A model generated the notes under the pieces. That model searched no databases, was not told the origin of the DNA, and saw only the letters and a program-made list of their open reading frames with translations. Source: Eledone cirrhosa (lineage: Eukaryota). Taken from it: 64,000 bases of DNA. The DNA is taken from NCBI GenBank assembly GCA_964016885.1, contig OZ024745.1, positions 54,560,001-54,624,000 of the forward strand, written 5' to 3'. Positions 60,471 through 64,000 of this stretch are shown here, piece after piece. Each line of letters opens with the position of its first letter. Position 1 is the first letter of the stretch. A program made the translations under genes and the position numbers.

Positions 60471-60517
<47 letters not shown>

Positions 60518-60530
60518 TATATATGCGTGT

Positions 60531-60577
<47 letters not shown>

Positions 60578-60590
60578 TATATATGCGTGT

Positions 60591-60664
<74 letters not shown>

Positions 60665-61430
60665 GCATATATTTGTGGCATTAACTTTGTGTTAGACGTA
60701 TCACACCCTCATAGACGTCTTCACAATCTCATACAAGCTACGTAATTGGCTTACATATACATTTAGCGTATATAGTATATAAGCGTATATTTACAGGATA
60801 TATTCTTGTTACAGAATATATCAAGCATTACACAGACATAACACATATACATACTGACATAACACATATATTTATATATTCGTATTCGTGAAGGAAGAAG
60901 TATAAAAAAAAAATTAAAAAGCTAGAGAGAAAGAGGTGCAGAAGAAAAGAGGAATTATGTAGAGGGAGAGAAATCTAAAAGGAGAAGACAATGAAAAAGA
61001 GATGGGTGATGGAAAAAAAAGAATGAAAGAAAAAGAAGAAAAGAGAATGGTAGTAAGCAAAGATTTGTTTTTATTATCAAAGTATATATATACAAGCATT
61101 GCTTCGCTTTAATTACAGAGCAATGACCAAATCAAAAGCAGTTTTTTTTTCCTAAAGTTATAAGCAACGGAGATCAATAATTGATCTGGGGAATCTATTA
61201 AATTAGTGTGAGATAAACGAATGGCAAGTCATCTGCCCGGATCCATATTTTGCATGAGAATTCCATTAAATTAGGCAACATCATTTTGTTGAAGTTCCTC
61301 TTGAGTATTCAATGGCGTTTGCACAAGTTCAAAGACTTTTGTTCAAATACATACATAAATACAGGCACACACACAAACACATGCATGTATGCGTGCGTAG
61401 GATGAGGGTATATATATATGTGAGGGTATG

Positions 61431-61472
<42 letters not shown>

Positions 61473-61478
61473 TGTATG

Positions 61479-61542
<64 letters not shown>

Positions 61543-61584
61543 GGAGTAGCCACTCGTCCTTGTTTTATTTTATTTTATATACTG

Positions 61585-61630
<46 letters not shown>

Positions 61631-61632
61631 TA

Positions 61633-61696
<64 letters not shown>

Positions 61697-61746
61697 AATA
61701 TATAAACATATAAATGTGTTATATACACATATATGTGTTATATACG

Positions 61747-61792
<46 letters not shown>

Positions 61793-61989
61793 AGCATATA
61801 TATATATATATGTATATAATACTCCCAAAAGTATATAGGAACCTATACATCTATGGTTGCAGAAAGTGCAGTTATGTTCCCTCAATAATAAAGAGAAATA
61901 TTTTTAGTTGGAGATTAGTTTCAATCCCCCAATGTTATCACGAAGCTGGTAAGTATCGAACTACTTCTCCCTCCTCATTAATTCCTCGT

Positions 61990-62062
61990 CACCATCATCA
62001 CCCTCATCATCATCATCATCATCATCATTATGATCATCATCATCATCATGAACATCATCATC
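61990..62062. repeat. (CAT)n trinucleotide repeat
   Basis: Directly visible. Confidence 0.9.
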
Positions 62063-62858
62063 AACTTAAGCAGAAGCAGTAGTGCCATCATTATCACCAT
62101 CAAGATCAAAATAGATATACATTACCCGCAGGCATGTATGTATATAGTACTTATTTTCATATATAAATAAATATACATGAAAACACACATACATATATAT
62201 ATACCTATATAATTACAAACTAATGCATGTACATGTATACACAAAAACAAATGTTTACACAGCCATAGAATCAAACGTATACCATTATGAGACGGTTCGT
62301 ATAAATTGCTCTACAAAGATTCTAGTGGGATTTTGAGCTGTTATTAATTATGTTATCATTTACGATACAAACATATATAAGCTCTCACACACATATATAG
62401 ACATACACACAAATATATAGAAATAGACACACGAATACACACACACGCACACAAAACATACTCACTCACATACACACATACAAACACTCTGAGGTATGTA
62501 TACTCATATTTTAAAATATAGGTTAGTGCTCTTCCGAAGATAGTAATCACTATATACGAACTAGTTTTAACACCACTGCGTCTCTCTCACATTTTCCTTT
62601 GAGTATACACGCAAGTACAGGATGTGCTTACATTTATTGATAAATGAATTGAGCGCGTCTTGAAAACAATCAGGCTAATGCTCAACAGAGCCCTGGCAAA
62701 TGTTATATATACATCTATGTGTATATATATATAGTGAAAGAGATATGGTGGGGGGGGGGGGATAATTAGGTGCATAGATTGAATGAAATAAGTTACGTAT
62801 AACAATGTGAACAATATGAAAAGTAGGGAATATAAGCACCATGCAGTTAGTAGGTTTC

Positions 62859-62895
<37 letters not shown>

Positions 62896-63046
62896 TTATA
62901 TGTATGTATATGTATTTACATATATTGAAGTGCACTTAAATAAGTCCCATAAATTGTAAATATGTTTCAGTGCGACAAGTAAAAAATAAGAAAATTAAAT
63001 AAAACAAATAAAAAGGTATACAATCATCAAATAAATGAAAGTAAAA

Positions 63047-63144
<98 letters not shown>

Positions 63145-63650
63145 CATGCACACACACATAAATAGGGAGGCATATAGTGTTTGTATGATGTTTTTTGAGG
63201 TCGGTTCAAAGAAAAGTAATGTATTAAATTAAATAGAAATTTGAATGCTATATCAATACGTTTCGATTAAATAATGTCTGATTACTTTTTTATTATAAAA
63301 CGTTTCACTCATAATAGATCTTTTTCAAACAATATAGTGTAACAAATAAGCAAAAACAAAAAACAAAACAAAAAAAGGCAAAAGAAATAACGGAATATAT
63401 GGTCAACACAAAAAACATTAACCATTAGTTGTCATGTTGTTGCTATATCCTGTGACAAAATTACTATTTTATAAATATGTACAGATTAAAAAGCTTCAGC
63501 ATTGGCTGCGGAACGAATGGCAACAATACCATAAATTAGCTCACATTTAAAAAAAAATACTCATACCTCCATTTACGTAATAATATTGATTGCGATATAA
63601 TGTTGTTCTTTTCGATATTATTTATAACGCATGGTAAATACCCGCCCCCT

Positions 63651-63714
<64 letters not shown>

Positions 63715-64000
63715 GAGGTTATATTTAATTTGTTGGCATACAACAAGCAAAATATTTTTATAACTGATATAAAGCACTCAACAAATTATTGGAATAAATA
63801 TACAATATATTAACAAATGGAAACTATATTTATAAAACCATATTTATTTCATTATACATATTTCAAGGGCCACCAAGGCAAACTATGGTGCGCTTTCATC
63901 AGATAAAATATAATATAGGTTAGTTTTATAAATAAATATTGACATCCCCTTAAAAATGCAACCATTCTGGTTGGAATCTCCAGGAGATTATATATATTTA

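Noticed and set aside
61714-62082. Poly-His protein
   Set aside because: (CAT)n microsatellite lying after a gtaagt donor, so probably intronic.

Overview
AT-rich, microsatellite-saturated eukaryotic DNA. The SINE families and (TA)n/(CA)n/(GA)n load resemble an octopus/cephalopod genome (inference). I found no intact protein-coding gene, and most ORFs in the track are microsatellite artefacts. Recognisable content: (1) more than 12 copies of a tRNA-derived SINE, several with 13-20 bp target-site duplications; (2) Penelope-like elements (RT and GIY-YIG remnants, inverted or tandem pseudo-LTRs), one carrying a complete minimal hammerhead ribozyme in both orientations; (3) two unrelated short (TA)n-associated families forming fold-back palindromes that keep only the GAAA-stemIII-GUH half of a hammerhead; (4) decayed RTE and Tx1 LINEs, mariner and hAT remnants, a MITE pair and a Helitron; (5) a scattered, heavily frameshifted plus-strand multi-C-type-lectin (mannose-receptor-like) pseudogene, traced by eye from about 2.3 kb to 62 kb. 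All protein assignments come from manual translation and motif recognition, not database searches.
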